Below, one piece after another: positions 13,256 through 26,648 of a stretch of DNA of 64,000 bases. The first letter of the stretch is position 1, and each line of letters starts with the position of its first letter. The notes under the pieces are model-generated. The model did not search any database. It was not told the origin of the DNA and saw only the letters and a list, made by a program, of their open reading frames with translations. The translations under genes and the position numbers were made by a program. Source of the stretch: Eledone cirrhosa (lineage: Eukaryota); the NCBI GenBank assembly GCA_964016885.1, contig OZ024743.1, forward strand, positions 91,078,001-91,142,000, written 5' to 3'.

Positions 13256-13842
13256 GGACAACACACGCTGTCTTTTCGTGGGGTAAGTTTTTAATTAATT
13301 TTTGTATTCTGAAACATCAAAATACAACAATTTGTTGGTCACTGGACTCGGGAATGTCACGACAGAAGTTTGTGGAAGTTACACAAATATTTTAGTATAT
13401 TTTAGCAGAGCAATCCTTATTTATATTTTACATTTTACATTTACTTACATCTCAATATAACATGGCTAAAATTCAAATTTTGCAAAGAGAAGAAAACGGT
13501 CAAATGAACTAGATACATCGCACTGTCCCCCGCCACCACAATAACTTCTACACTCTCTCCCCACCATCACATGTCATTACCCTATCTAGACTAAAGTCAT
13601 CGCCTGTTGTCAAACTCTCTACTCTCTGTTGAATGTGTATAAATATATATGTATGTATATGTGTGTATATACATCACTCAGTCAAACGACCAGATTTCAA
13701 CCCCAACATCTACAACAACAACACCGGCACTAATGTTTACAGCAACAACAGCTTCAGAATGAACTGAAATGAACATTTACAACAACAACAACAGCGGCAT
13801 CAAAAGATTTTTAAAAAAAACAAAAAACAAAATAAAAATAAC

Positions 13843-13904
<62 letters not shown>

Positions 13905-14377
13905 ACACAACAACATCAACTGCCACCACCACCACTACCGCCGCCGCCATCGCCAGCGACCGGGCCTTAAGAAAACAACTTTAATAATAATTTTTCTGCT
14001 TTTGGCACGGATCCAGCGACTGGCCCAGCGCATCACTGGTACTCTCTTTTGTTGACTCCGTGGGGATGAAAGGCAAGGTTGACCTCGGCGGGATTTAAGC
14101 TCAGAGCGTGGAGAGCCATAACTCTATGCTGTAAAGCAATTATAATAATACTGGACTGTAGTACGATCGGCTTCAACTATACAAACTCTTGAAAGTCAAC
14201 AGTTGACATAATCTTGTAATCTTGTATCAGTAATGACGGTAATATATATATATGTGTGTGTGTGTGTGTGTAAGTGAGTAGAGTAGCGTGTGTGTGTTTG
14301 TTTGTATGTATGAGTGTTGCTGTGTGCGCGCATATGTATGCGCGTGTGTGTATGTCGTACGTATAAATGTCAATAAG

Positions 14378-14408
<31 letters not shown>

Positions 14409-14711
14409 GCGCAGGGACAGAAATAATCGGGCTGGATGCCCGATCGCGCAGTTAAACCACTGGGAGTGAAGAACCCCTAGCCCTTGTCAGGGCATTCTTC
14501 TAGGAGAAGGCATCTCAGGAAACTGGGTTAACTCCGACATAAAACCTGCGGCTCAGTAGTTACCGATGATGTTGATCTTTTCTTCTTTTCGGGTTATAGC
14601 TACTGTCGCTCAGAGAGTGGGATTGGCTCAGTGCACAGTCTTTCCTCACTTTAAAAATATTCGTCACGCACAGGCATTGCACGAGTGCATTAATAATTAT
14701 TAATAGTGTAC

Positions 14712-14759
<48 letters not shown>

Positions 14760-17700
14760 TATTATTACTTTTTTTTTTTTTTAATTCAATGATGTTCCAG
14801 AACAATATAAAAGAGATAATTGGCAATTTAGGTTCTGGAACAAAAAAGATCATTGGCAATAAGGGCAGGGGCCCCAGGTTATCACAGCCTAGGCCCGCTC
14901 GTCATCGTGCCATTGTAATAGAGCCAAACAAGGCATTTAGTCTTGGCTGCTGGAACGTACGGACGCTGCTTGACAGGGATTCCTTGGAGCGTCCTGAACG
15001 AAGGACCGCTCTTGTTGCAAAAGAGCTTCGACGTTACGATCTTGACATCGTGGCTTTATCTGAGACGAGGTTAGCTGGAGATGGTCATCTTACGGAATTT
15101 TGTGGAGAATATACATTCTTCTGGAAAGGAAGAGATGAAGGAACCAGAAGAGAGGCTGGGGTAGGATTTGCTGTTAAGACTGTACTTGTGAATAAATTAG
15201 AAGAATTCCCAGTAGGGATTAGTGAGCGTCTTATGTCCATGAGAGTTCCGCTGGACAAGGGAAGATATGCTACCCTGGTGAGTGTGTATGCTCCAACTAT
15301 GAGTTCTGTCGATGAGGAAAAGGTGTCCTTTTACCATGCCTTGAAAGGTGTTTTAAGAAATATCCCTCAGGCAGACAAAGTCATCGTGCTTGGTGACTTT
15401 AATGCTAGAGTGGGTAGGGATTTTAACACATGGAATGTAATCGGAAGGCATGGGGTGGGAAAGTGTAACAGCATTGGTATGCTCCTGCTGCAGATGTGTG
15501 AGGAGCTGGATCTGTGTGTTACCAACACCATGTTCCAACAAAAGAACAAATTCAAGACCACATGGATGCATCCTGCATCTAAGGAATGGCATCTTTTGGA
15601 CTACGTCCTAGTCAGGATGCGTAACAGACAGGATGTGCAGTGTGTTCGTGTTCTTCGTGGAGCTGAGTGCTGGACGGACCACCGCCTGGTACGCGCAAAA
15701 GTGAAACTAATCACTAAACGTAAAATCCAGGCTCCTGGTGTTGCCCTGCCTAAAAGATTGAATGCTGCTCGTCTTAAGGATAAAAATGTGAAGAGGACAT
15801 TGGAAGAAGAGATGCAGGCTGCAGATCTTGGTGAGGATTGGCCGACCCTTAAAAAGTCGGTTTATGATGTAGGCAGGCGTGTTCTGGGATTGGTGCAGAG
15901 AAAACATCAGGACTGGTTTAATGAGAATGATGTACATATAGAAGACTTGTTGGCTGATAAGAGGCGTGCTCTGTCACGCTACTTGACGGCAAAACCACAG
16001 GAGAGGAATACGTTGCATGAGGAACTCAGGGATGTAAAATTACGTGTTAGGCGGAGTCTTTCTCAGATGAAGGATCAGTGGTGGAGTGAGAAGGCTGGTG
16101 AGATACAAACTGCGTCTGATTCCAATAACACAAAGCTGTTGTACAGTCTCTTGCGTGAGGTTTATGGACCGTCTTCTTCTCTGGTGACACCGCTTCGCAG
16201 CAAGGATGGCAAAGAACTTCTTCGTGACTCACAAGGAATTCTACGAAGGTGGCGAGAGCACTTTGATGATCTTTTGAATCAGCCGTCTGTCGTCAGTGAA
16301 GATTTCCTCAATCTCATTCCAGAAAGTCCTGTGAAAGTAGCTCTCGCAGAACCTCCGACGCTTGTGGAGGTTGCAGTGGCTATTTCGAAGCTGAACAGTG
16401 GAAGATCTCCAGGTATGGATGGCATACATGCTGAGCTCCTACAATATGGTGGTGAGAGACTCCTGCAACATCTTTACTCTTTGTTTGGCAGGATATGGGC
16501 TAATGAATCCGTACCTGAGGACTGGAGAGATGCAGTAATGGTGGTCTTGTACAAGGGAAAGGGTAACAGGAACGATTGTGGGAACTACAGAGGTATATCA
16601 TTGCTTTCTGTCGTAGGGAAAGTTTTATGTAGGGTGCTTCTGGACCGTCTGCTGACACACATTGCAGATTGTGTTCTTCCTGAAAGTCAATCTGGTTTTC
16701 GTGCTGGACGCGGCACTACTGATATGATCTTCTCAGCTAGACAGCTCCAGGAGAAGTGCATGGAACAAGGTTTTTGTCGATCTGACAAAAGCTTTCGATA
16801 CTGTTAACAGAGATGCATTATGGAAGGTTCTCCAGAAACTTGGTTGCCCTGATAAGTTCCTTGCTTTAGTTAGGTCTTTCCATGACGACATGAAGGCTTG
16901 GGTTAATGTCGGGGGTAACATGTCGGAGCCTATCTCAGTAAAAAATGGAGTGAAACAGGGGGATATTCCAGCACCGACCCTGTTTGCCATATACTTTGCA
17001 ATGGTTTTCTGTATTGCATTCAGGAATTGCGAGCATGGTGTTTACATCCGATATCGAACCTCAGGCAGCATATTTAACATCAGGCGCTTTGCTGCGAAGA
17101 CAAAAGTATTTACATCAATCATAAGAGACCTCTTGTATGCAGATGATTGCGATCTTGTAGCGCACACAGAGAGTGATATGCAGCACATTTTGAGTGCATT
17201 TTCTGACGCTTGCACTGCCCTAGGTCTGACTGTCAGTCTCAAGAAAACCGTCGTCATGTACCAACCTGCCCCTGGTAAGCAGTACACTGAACCAAACATC
17301 TATGTGTATGGCAAACGACTTGGAGTGGTTGATCAGTTTGTCTACCTGGGAAGCACTGTCAATCGATACAGCAACCTTGACAGTGAAATCTCACTTAGGA
17401 TTAGGAAAGCAAGTGATGCTTTCGGAAAGCTAGAAAGGCGACTCTGGGGTCGGCGAGACATATGCAGGAGGACAAAGGTAAAGGTGTACAGGGCATGTGT
17501 GCTCTCTTGTCTTCTTTATGCCTGCGAGACCTGGGTCACATTTCGACACCACCTTAAGCAATTGGAGCGTTTCCATCAGATGTGTCTCAGACGGATCCAT
17601 GGCGTTCACTGGAGGGACCACATCAGTGATGTCGAGATTTTGGAAAGCTCTATGTGTGACAGTATAGAAGCTCTTGTGCTTAAGCAACGACTCCGTTGGA

Positions 17701-18477
17701 GTGGTCACCTTGCCAGGATGAAGGATTCTAGAATACCAAAACAACTCTTTTATGGAGAGTTGGTTAAAGGAAAACGACCGCCACATAAACCAAAAAAGAG
17801 GTATAAGGATTCCTTGAAAGCCTCTCTGAAAGACGCTAACATCTCTGCTGATACATGGGAGAATATTGCTGCTGATCGTAATAAATGGAGAAAGACTGTA
17901 TATGAGGGAAAAGTTGCCTTTGAGGCATCTCGAATCGCATACGAGAAAGTAAAGCGGGATGTGAGGAAGGGCATTGCTGTTGCACTTCCAGACGGCGAGG
18001 GTCCTCCTATGGTGCTGACATGCAGCGTCTGTGCGAGACTCTGCCTAAGCAAAGCTGGACTCGAAAGTCATCTTCGCAGTCATAAAGTAAGACCAGTGGT
18101 TGACTACCAGGCTGCTGTTGGAGATGCTACTCATCATGCTTGCCAAATATGTGGTAGAGAATGTAAATCAGCAGGAGGGCTCAAGCGACATGCAAAAGTA
18201 CACGAACTCCAACCACAGCCGACTATTCCCAGTGAATGTTTTGGTTGCCGACTCTGTGCAAGACATTTTAGATCATTGGCTGGGCTAAAAAGCCACATTC
18301 GATCGAGGCGCTGTTAGTTGCTATCGTGTGTGTGTGTGTGTAGATATGCTTATGTGTGTGCGTGTGTGTGTGTATATATATATGTATATGTATATTATTA
18401 TTGTTGTTGTCGTTATTATTATTGTTGTTATTATTATTATTATTATTATTATTGTTATTAATGTATGTGTGTGTGTG

Positions 18478-18552
<75 letters not shown>

Positions 18553-18655
18553 CTTTTTTTTTATTTTATTTCTTTTTTTTTCTTTCTTTTTTTTTTTTTT
18601 TCTTTCTCCTCGTGCAATGGCCATACTCGATAACGAGGGGGCAGCCATCATGCAT
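14409..18655 (+). mobile_element. RTE-clade LINE, near full length
   Basis: 5' UTR from ~14409, EN-RT ORF, 3' hairpin ACTCG-ATAA-CGAG followed by GCAGCCATC at ~18625-18650; microsatellites expanded inside both UTRs. Confidence 0.9.
14789..18317 (+). pseudogene. RTE ORF (APE endonuclease, RT, three C2H2 fingers) with one frameshifting deletion near 16770
   Basis: WNVRTL, ALSETR, GVGFAV, SVYAPT, GDFNARVG, LLDYVLV, TDH; NYRGISLL, QSGFR, KQGD, YADD, YLGS; fingers CSVC..HLRSH, CQIC..HAKVH, CRLC..HIR. Confidence 0.93.
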
Positions 18656-19014
18656 GTATGTATGCATGTATGGTCCCGTAACTCCTTGGGGAGTCGTAGG
18701 AGTGCCGTATTGACATATGGCGTCTCTAGTCATTTTTCAAACCTGACAGAGATTTGAACTCAGAACGTGAGGGGTCGTAACTCTATGCTGCAAAGCATAA
18801 TGAAGCGTCTTACGTTCCCAAAGATATGGTCGCCGATATCTTTAAAATGAAAAGAGTAGAAAATGAATTTAATTCAGTTATACTTGTGAATTGGAATCCA
18901 GCTACACATGTTTTTTTTCCGGGGGGGGGGGGGGAGGGGGGGGCTTTAAAAAAAATTGATATTTAACTCGCAACCATAATGAAATACAATTTTGTGTGTA
19001 CGAGAAAGAGAGAG

Positions 19015-19069
<55 letters not shown>

Positions 19070-19199
19070 GATAAATCTACCAAGAGTTTACGGTGGTGCC
19101 CAATCCGTATGAAGAACTCAATGTAATCCGGATATCATGGAAAGAAGAGATGCATTCAAAAATCACTTTCGGTGAAAGATAAACGGAATACAGAGTCAA

Positions 19200-20111
19200 G
19201 ATAAAATATTAAAAAAATAATGAATAAAACAATGAAACAGTTCCTTATATTAAACAAAAAAAGTTCATGATTTAACGATCGTTTCTAGGACATATATGTG
19301 TTAGAATTGGCATGCATATTCAACAGATCTATGTACAAAATTATACAAAATTATACAAACTATCAAATTTAATATACATACCAACACATATATATGCCGT
19401 CTTCAGAAATAATGAAATATATTTATTGATAATAACAACAATTCAAAATTACAGGTCTGTTTGGGAACAGTGCTTATGTGCGTGCCTTAATGTCCATATG
19501 CTTATGATAATAATATATACACATATATGTGTGTGTGTGGGTGTGGGTGTGGGTGTGTGTATATGTTCGTGGTTATGTGTATGTTTATGCGTATATGCGC
19601 GTGTGTGTGTGAATGTATGTTTATGTGTGTATATATGAATGTATATATGTTTATATACGTGCGTGTATTTTATCTGTAGATTATAGACATACAGAGACAT
19701 TAGCCCTGAATTTTTGTATTTACATACATTTTTTCGACACGCGTATGCATGTGAACATATATTTTTATGCATATCTGTGAACGAAGTTACTTACATATAT
19801 ACACACACCTAACTGTATTTTCTGGATATATTTTTGTGTATTTCATTGGTCAATTTGAACTCTGTTCCCAAACAGACCTGTAATTTTGAATTGTTATCAA
19901 TAAATATATTTCATTATTTCTGAAGACGGCATATATATGTGTTGGTATGTATATTAAATTTGATAGTTTGTATAATTTTGTATAATTTTGTACATAGATC
20001 TGTTGAATATGCATGCCAATTCTAACACATATATGTCCTAGAAACGATCGTTAAATAATGAACTTTTTTTGTTTAATATAAGGAACTGTTTCATTGTTTT
20101 ATTCATTATTT

Positions 20112-20120
<9 letters not shown>
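19200..20120. mobile_element. Inverted-repeat element with a long-stem-II hammerhead in each arm
   Basis: Arm ~19200-19471 is the reverse complement of ~19860-20120; microsatellite-rich spacer; (TA)n tracts nearby on both sides. Confidence 0.8.
19912..20060 (+). ncRNA. Hammerhead ribozyme with ~115-nt stem II insert (mirror copy 19266-19414, minus)
   Basis: cattattt-CTGAAGA-cggcatatatatgtgttgg...ctaacacatatatgtccta-GAAA-cgatcg-TT^-aaataatg: 8-bp stem I, palindromic stem III, imperfect base of stem II. Confidence 0.6.
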
Positions 20121-20144
<24 letters not shown>

Positions 20145-20279
20145 CACACAGAGATATCCACGGTAAGTTGTGGGGTCTATTCTGCATGAAGAACTCGATG
20201 TAATCCATATGTTGAAAATGTTGTAGGTTAAGATAAATCTCGGAAAACAATAGAACATTAAAGGAAAACAGAGTCATGA

Positions 20280-20604
20280 TATAAGTTAAAACAATGAAAT
20301 AAAAAATCAAGTCATTAGATATATTTCACTGCTTTACGATCGTTTCTAGATGATGATAATACATTGTAGCTATACCTCGTTATTGATCTATGCAAGGTTA
20401 GTTACAAAATATCAGATAAAGAGAATATTTTGAAAACAGCTGGTGATATGCATGTAGGTAAATATTCTCTTTATCTAATATTTTGTAACTAACCTTACAT
20501 AGATCAATAACGAAGTATAGCTACAATGTATTATCATCATCTAGAAACGATCGTAAAGCAGTGAAATATATCTCTAATGACTTGATTTTTTATTTCATTG
20601 TTTT

Positions 20605-20610
<6 letters not shown>
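20280..20610. repeat. Near-perfect foldback (~150-bp arms) related to the preceding element
   Basis: 20280-20430 is the reverse complement of 20461-20610; both arms contain cta-GAAA-cgatcg-TA, but the CUGANGA half is decayed. Confidence 0.8.
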
Positions 20611-20644
<34 letters not shown>

Positions 20645-20891
20645 TATATGTGTGTGGGGGGGGGGGGGGTGTACACATACCAACCTACCACAGTAGTCAG
20701 CTCCTACAACCCCCTACCTCCTTTTGAACTATTGACCATTAGATTAAACAAAACAACTTGGCCTCATTCCATGCCAACTTTTCCGAAGGCATGATGGAAG
20801 AAATTTTGCTCGAACATTCGTTTTTGATTTTAATTTTAATTTTAATTTTAAACCCTTTTGTTACTCCCTTTTTAATTAACTTTTTTTCACT

Positions 20892-20934
20892 GAATTTGAC
20901 AAGATGGATTTTAATACATCGAAACCGGTAATTT
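20892..20934 (+). ncRNA. Minimal hammerhead, U3-A8 core variant
   Basis: gaat-TTGACAA-gatg/gattttaata/catc-GAAA-ccgg-TA^-attt. Confidence 0.6.
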
Positions 20935-21154
20935 TTTCATACACTTTATATACTTCATAAAAAAAATTTCAAAAATGAATTGTCCTTCTTTTTTTAATAA
21001 CACTATCTTTTTAATAACACTATCTTTTTAATAATGTTACTTTGACAAATCAAAAAAGAAAAACAGACCTTTAAACATATCTCCCGTGCTATTTCCAACT
21101 TCACCTTTTCTCTATACCCACTGTTTTGTATAGAACCTCACTTCCCTTTTCTAA

Positions 21155-21235
<81 letters not shown>

Positions 21236-21454
21236 GGAGAAAGGACCGTCGCCAGGTTTGGTGTTCGGGGTAGCTTCATAATATATTCCAATCTGACTAG
21301 GTTGAAAAAGTATTTTTTCGAAATTATGAGAAATTATTCCAGCTGTAGAAACCATGCAAAAAGAGGGGGGTCTTAGAGGAATCTCCAGCTGCGCCACTGG
21401 CACAACAACCTCCCTAATGTTGGGGACACGATAAAATACACGCAGTACTCTGTT

Positions 21455-21790
21455 AAGTGGTAGTGCTAGTGTCAAGATAAACTGCACCCAGTACACTCTG
21501 TAAAGTGGTAGTGCTGGTGTCAAGATAAACTGCACCCAGTACACTCTGTAAAGTGGAAGTGTTGGTGTCAAGATAAACTGCACCCAGTACACTCTGTAAA
21601 GTGGTAGTGTTGGTGTCAAGATAAACTTCACGCAGTACACACTGTAAAGTGGTTGATAATAGGAAGGGCATCCTGCTGTAGAAAACTTGTCAATTAAAGG
21701 GTTGAGAGAACTTTTTAGTCGTGCTAAAAACACGTCCAGTACACTGTAAAATTGTTATTGATAGGAAGAGCACCCAGTACATTCTGTAGA
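21455..21790 (+). repeat. 48-bp minisatellite (similar sequence at ~56380-56540)
   Basis: GTGTCAAGATAAACTGCACCCAGTACACTCTGTAAAGTGGTAGT repeated about 4 times plus degenerate copies. Confidence 0.85.
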
Positions 21791-21794
21791 ATGA

Positions 21795-22150
21795 AGACAA
21801 AATTTTAGGGAGCTACTACTTCTGTTGACAACAAAGGTATTTTCTCAACAACCGAAGAGTAGATTTTATGATGCTTGTGTGAAGAGTGCGATGTTACATA
21901 GTAGTGAGACAAGGACGGCAAATGCAGAGGAAATGAATAGAAATGAAGCGAACCTGTTTCGTTGGATATGTAATATTAGTGTGCATGAACGATGGAGCGT
22001 AGATGAACTGAGAGAAAAGCTGTGTGTAAGAAGAATCAGATGTAGTGTGGAAGAAAGTAGACTGCAGTGGTATAGACATGTGATGTCTATGGATAATAAA
22101 CGTTGGTTGGAGGAATAGCAAGGAATAATTTGGCGGGGATGAGGAAGGGT
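21795..22150 (+). mobile_element. 3' fragment of RTE LINE (same family as the 60-64 kb elements)
   Basis: YDACVKSAMLHSSET..RNEA..RLQWYRHV matches 63360-63600. Confidence 0.8.
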
Positions 22151-22532
22151 CGCTATGAGTAGAGGAAGGCTATGCTTTGAAGGACACGACCAATTCATGC
22201 AAACATGGAAACGCAGACATAAAATTATGAGCATGTAATGCGAACAGAGAGAGAGGGGAGATTTACTAGTTTAGACTTATAAAACTATTGCTGAGCTTAG
22301 TAGTCGATTCTAAGAATATGGGTATTGTAAGGAGTTACTGCCCGACTGTAAAAGCTTAGCAGGCAAGCAGGAACTCATTACAATATATACACATACAAAC
22401 ATATATATCTATGAGATGTAACGATATTAAGGTCCCACACCAGATTGGAAAACACTTCCATAGTGTATCGACAAACGTTGCTTGCTCACTTTCTCACTCA
22501 ACAATATTAGGTCCCCATGTAACGAAATCTCT

Positions 22533-22648
<116 letters not shown>

Positions 22649-22727
22649 CCTCCCGAATGATATCTAGCTGCCATTTTCCCCTTTTATCTGAGTTGGCGTC
22701 AGTGGTCTGGATAAATGCACCGTAAAA

Positions 22728-23090
22728 GCAAATAACATCACATACAACTATATTGGTGCAACTTCATCGACATTTAAATCAAGATTTTCGAATCACAAAT
22801 GCTCTTTTTCGAATCCTAATAGGAAATCTTCGACTTCTTTATCACAACTTATATGGTCGTTAAAAGACAAAAATTTAAAATACTCGATTTCTTGGTCGAA
22901 GCTGTGTAATAGTCGAATCTACTTGAATTCTTCAATATCACCTAACTGCAATCTCTGTACCATGGAAACCCTATTAATAATTACTAATTATGAAAATTTA
23001 ATTAACAAAAAAAGTGAATTATTCTCAAATTGCCTTCATAGAGCTTCCTCTACATTCCAAGCCTCGCAAAAAGTCAGGAAAAAACTCTAA
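22728..23090 (+). pseudogene. Penelope-like GIY-YIG endonuclease C-terminal fragment (open frame, no ATG)
   Basis: Manual translation: YNYIGATSSTFKSRFSNHKCSF..TSLSQLIWSLK..CNLCTME..LINKKSELFSNCLH..stop. Confidence 0.75.
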
Positions 23091-24315
23091 ATAAATAGGT
23101 TCTAATTTGTTGACGTCTCTTATCAACTGAGTGCGTAAAACGTTATAACAGATTATAAAACCTTATAATAAATTTTTATTTTTTATTCTTTTAAGATAAG
23201 ATTAATGTTAGATTAATGGGTTCTATATAGGTATATAAACATAGATTGTTAACATGATCTCTTGATGAATATGCATATCATTTGATTGTGTAGATACATT
23301 TAATTTGATTGAGATTCTTGTATATTTTTTTTAATATATAGCTTATATAGTTAACAGTTCTAATGAACCGTAAATCATTCATGCATTTATGTACTTGTGT
23401 ATTTATTCTTTTGGAGTATGTTAGTTTTACGATTCAGGATGTTTGATTTATATATTTATATTTATTTATATATATTTATGGTATATGCGTTGCACACGAT
23501 CCTAGTCGACAAACTTTTTCCTCTTAACTTGATGTAAAACTTCAATTATAACTTTACTAACAATGATTGTATTTACTATTTATTATATGTATATGGATCA
23601 GTAATATCGCCTTGAGTTCCGAACAGAATATTCTATGTATATTTGGACAAATGTGTATATCTAGTATAATAACATGCTTCTAGCTACATTTATAAGTACT
23701 TTAGATACTTAAGGACATTCTAGTGTTATAATTGTTAAATATTTTCTAAATTATATAACGATTATTATTCTTTAATTTAATTAAATTCGGATTACCTTCG
23801 GGTCAATGAAAATCTTAAGTTTTCTTTTTCATGTTTGCAAACACTTTAAATATGATATTATACTACAATATCGATCCTTAAAAAATGTTCTTGTATTTTA
23901 AAATTATATAGCTTAGATATTTGGCACTTTTATGATCGCAAACAATTTACTTTTTTACTTTGAATCTGGTTCTTATCCTTATGATTCACGAAGTTTGATT
24001 TGTATATTTATAGTATATATGTATTACATGATCCTAATATAATAACCTTAACTTTTAACAATATTAACAGTAACTTATTTATTATATTATATTATATTAT
24101 GTTATGTATAACTGACTAATATCGTCTTGAACTTTAGACAATATGCTCTTTTCGAACGCCACGGGCTGGAAAAAAATTATTATTTTACCATTTTAGAGTG
24201 CAAAGAGTTAACCTAATCACTATAACTAAATTGACCAAATTTGTCCCACCCCAAATCAGAAATGCGTCCACCATTGTATATATATATAATTATATAATAA
24301 ACAACACAAGATAAT

Positions 24316-24389
24316 TATTCCATTACCTAAGGTTTCACGAAATTAGACGATTCTAACAGAAACGTCTAGTTGATTCATCAGATGAAATA
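24316..24389 (-). ncRNA. Type I hammerhead ribozyme
   Basis: Minus strand: tatttcat-CTGATGA-a..tagacg..cgtcta..t-GAAA-cct-t-agg-TA^-atggaata. Confidence 0.75.
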
Positions 24390-24456
24390 CATAGAGCACT
24401 TTTATTTCCTTTATATTTTCTACGGAGATACCTAAAAAAAACACACACACACACAC

Positions 24457-24529
<73 letters not shown>

Positions 24530-24629
24530 TATTGAAGTTTCCGTTAAAAATTGAAAAAGTCATAGGAGCGAAAAGTGCTCTATGTAAGTACCAGAACAAT
24601 ATTTAATGTATAATAAACAATACAATATA

Positions 24630-24707
24630 ATTACCTCATTACCAGAGGTTTCCCGAATAAGACGAATACGAAAAAAACGTCCTCATTCGTTCGTCGGACA
24701 AGGTAAT
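24630..24707 (-). ncRNA. Hammerhead-like motif, U4C core variant
   Basis: Minus strand: attaccttgt-CCGACGA-acgaatgaggacg..cgtcttattcgg-GAAA-cctctgg-TA^-atgaggtaat; diverged relative of 24316-24389. Confidence 0.55.
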
Positions 24708-26086
24708 ATAAAACATAGTGAAATATTTGGAAAGTCTCCTCAAGAAATGCAAAAAATATATAAATAAAAGTAATGCAAGAGATATATTAAAAAATATTAA
24801 AAAATATATTAAAAAATATAAGGAAATATAGTTAGGTATGTGTATATGTATGTATATACACTCACAAATGTACATATGTGTGTATGTACAAATGCATGTG
24901 TATGGTGAAAATGTGTGCGTAAGTACATATATGAGGGCAAGTATATTTGTGTATATGTGACCACAAATACGGATATAATATGAGTTGAAAAAGAAAATGA
25001 TAATATAGTTGACACGCATCCAGATACAGGTATTAAATACACATACGAGTATGAAAGCACGCGTATAAACACACACACACGCGCGGTCACTTATATGCGG
25101 AAGATAAAGAGGGAAGGGAGTGTAATAGTAAAAAGAAGTGTCATTCTCGATATATGTATAAAAATGAAACAGTATATGAGAATGAAAAAAATGTTTAAAT
25201 GAAAGAGAAAGTAATCAATTAACACTAGAGAAAAGAAAACAAACATAGGTACGCACGTACATACACATATATCTATAAATAACATATATATATAAAAAAA
25301 TATTTATACACACAAATACGTACAGACAAAAGCACATGCATGCGTACATACATACACACGAGGCACGTATATATATATGTCGCCCCATGTATATCTAATC
25401 ACACGTACGCGACTATATATATATACACATGCACATACACACCCATACATACATATACATATATACACACATACATACACATTCACGTACATTCACCCGC
25501 TTACACACACACGTAAAAATAAGAATGTAAAAAACATAGATGTAAAAACATAGATATAAAAACACACATACACACACATATATATATACACGTACGCACG
25601 CACACATACGGAGGCGTTCGTATACATATACAGAACGTATACACACATAAGCACACTCAGACACATAGATACAGAGTATAAAGCAGCCTTATGAATAAAT
25701 GAGTACAAATATAAAATCGGCTGCGAAACAACAGAATATATCTGGAGTGGAAAACGCAAGTCACCTGTAAAATCAGGTAGTGAAAGAAAATGGGGAAGTA
25801 AAATGTGGAATGTATTACAAATATAAAATCGGGTGCGAAACAACAGAATATATCTGGAATGGAAAACGCAAGTGACATTTGAAATCATATATATGTATAT
25901 ATATATATATGTATATATAATTAGAATTGGTACTCTGAAATAGCTATATATATATGAATGTATATATAGTGTATTTTGCAATACACTGTATGCTTAATTA
26001 AAAGCATTTCGAAAACCTAATGCTTTTCTTTTAGAGTAGTAGTGACAGACTCACTTACTTTAATTTTCAGCAAACAGGGGAGATAA

Positions 26087-26131
26087 AGCTGACAAGGCCT
26101 TGTTTCGCATTTATTGATGCTTATCAAAGCC
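26087..26131 (-). ncRNA. Minimal hammerhead, U3-A8 variant, palindromic stem III
   Basis: Minus strand: ggct-TTGATAA-gcat/caataa/atgc-GAAA-caaggccttg-TC^-agct. Confidence 0.7.
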
Positions 26132-26412
26132 ATCTCTTATCTCTCCCCTGTTTGCTGAAAATTAAAGTAAGTGAGTCTGTCACTACTCTAAAACAATAGT
26201 ATAAGGTCTTCGAAATGCTTTTAATTAAGCATACAGTGTATTGCAAAATACACTATATATACATTCATATATATATAGCTATTTCAGAGCACCAATTCTA
26301 ATTTTCAATTTCTGCTTGACTGGCAACCGCTCTGTATAATCAGTTCCTGATTATTTACTAGAATTCTATAAGAACCAAACATCCATGATTTCAGCAAACA
26401 GGAGGAGTAGTT

Positions 26413-26457
26413 GGCTTTGATAAGCATCAATAAATGCGAAACAAGACCTTGTCAGCT
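26413..26457 (+). ncRNA. Minimal hammerhead, U3-A8 variant
   Basis: ggct-TTGATAA-gcat/caataa/atgc-GAAA-caagaccttg-TC^-agct. Confidence 0.7.
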
Positions 26458-26582
26458 TTATCTCCCCTATTTGCTGAAAATTAAAGTAAGTGAGTCTGTC
26501 ACTACTCTAAAACAATAGCATAAGGTCTTCGAAATGCTTTTAATTAAGCATACAGTGTATTGCAAAATACACTATATATACA

Positions 26583-26647
<65 letters not shown>

Positions 26648-26648
<1 letters not shown>

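Larger units (their letters stand above)
25915..26590. mobile_element. ~320-bp hammerhead repeat family: inverted partial copy plus ~1.4 tandem direct units
   Basis: TTTGCTGAAAATTAAAG at 26151 and 26470 (period 319); minus-strand copy 25915-26135. Confidence 0.8.

Noticed and set aside
21455-21790. Regular direct repeats resembling a CRISPR array
   Set aside because: Contiguous 48-bp tandem units without unique spacers; no cas genes; eukaryotic context
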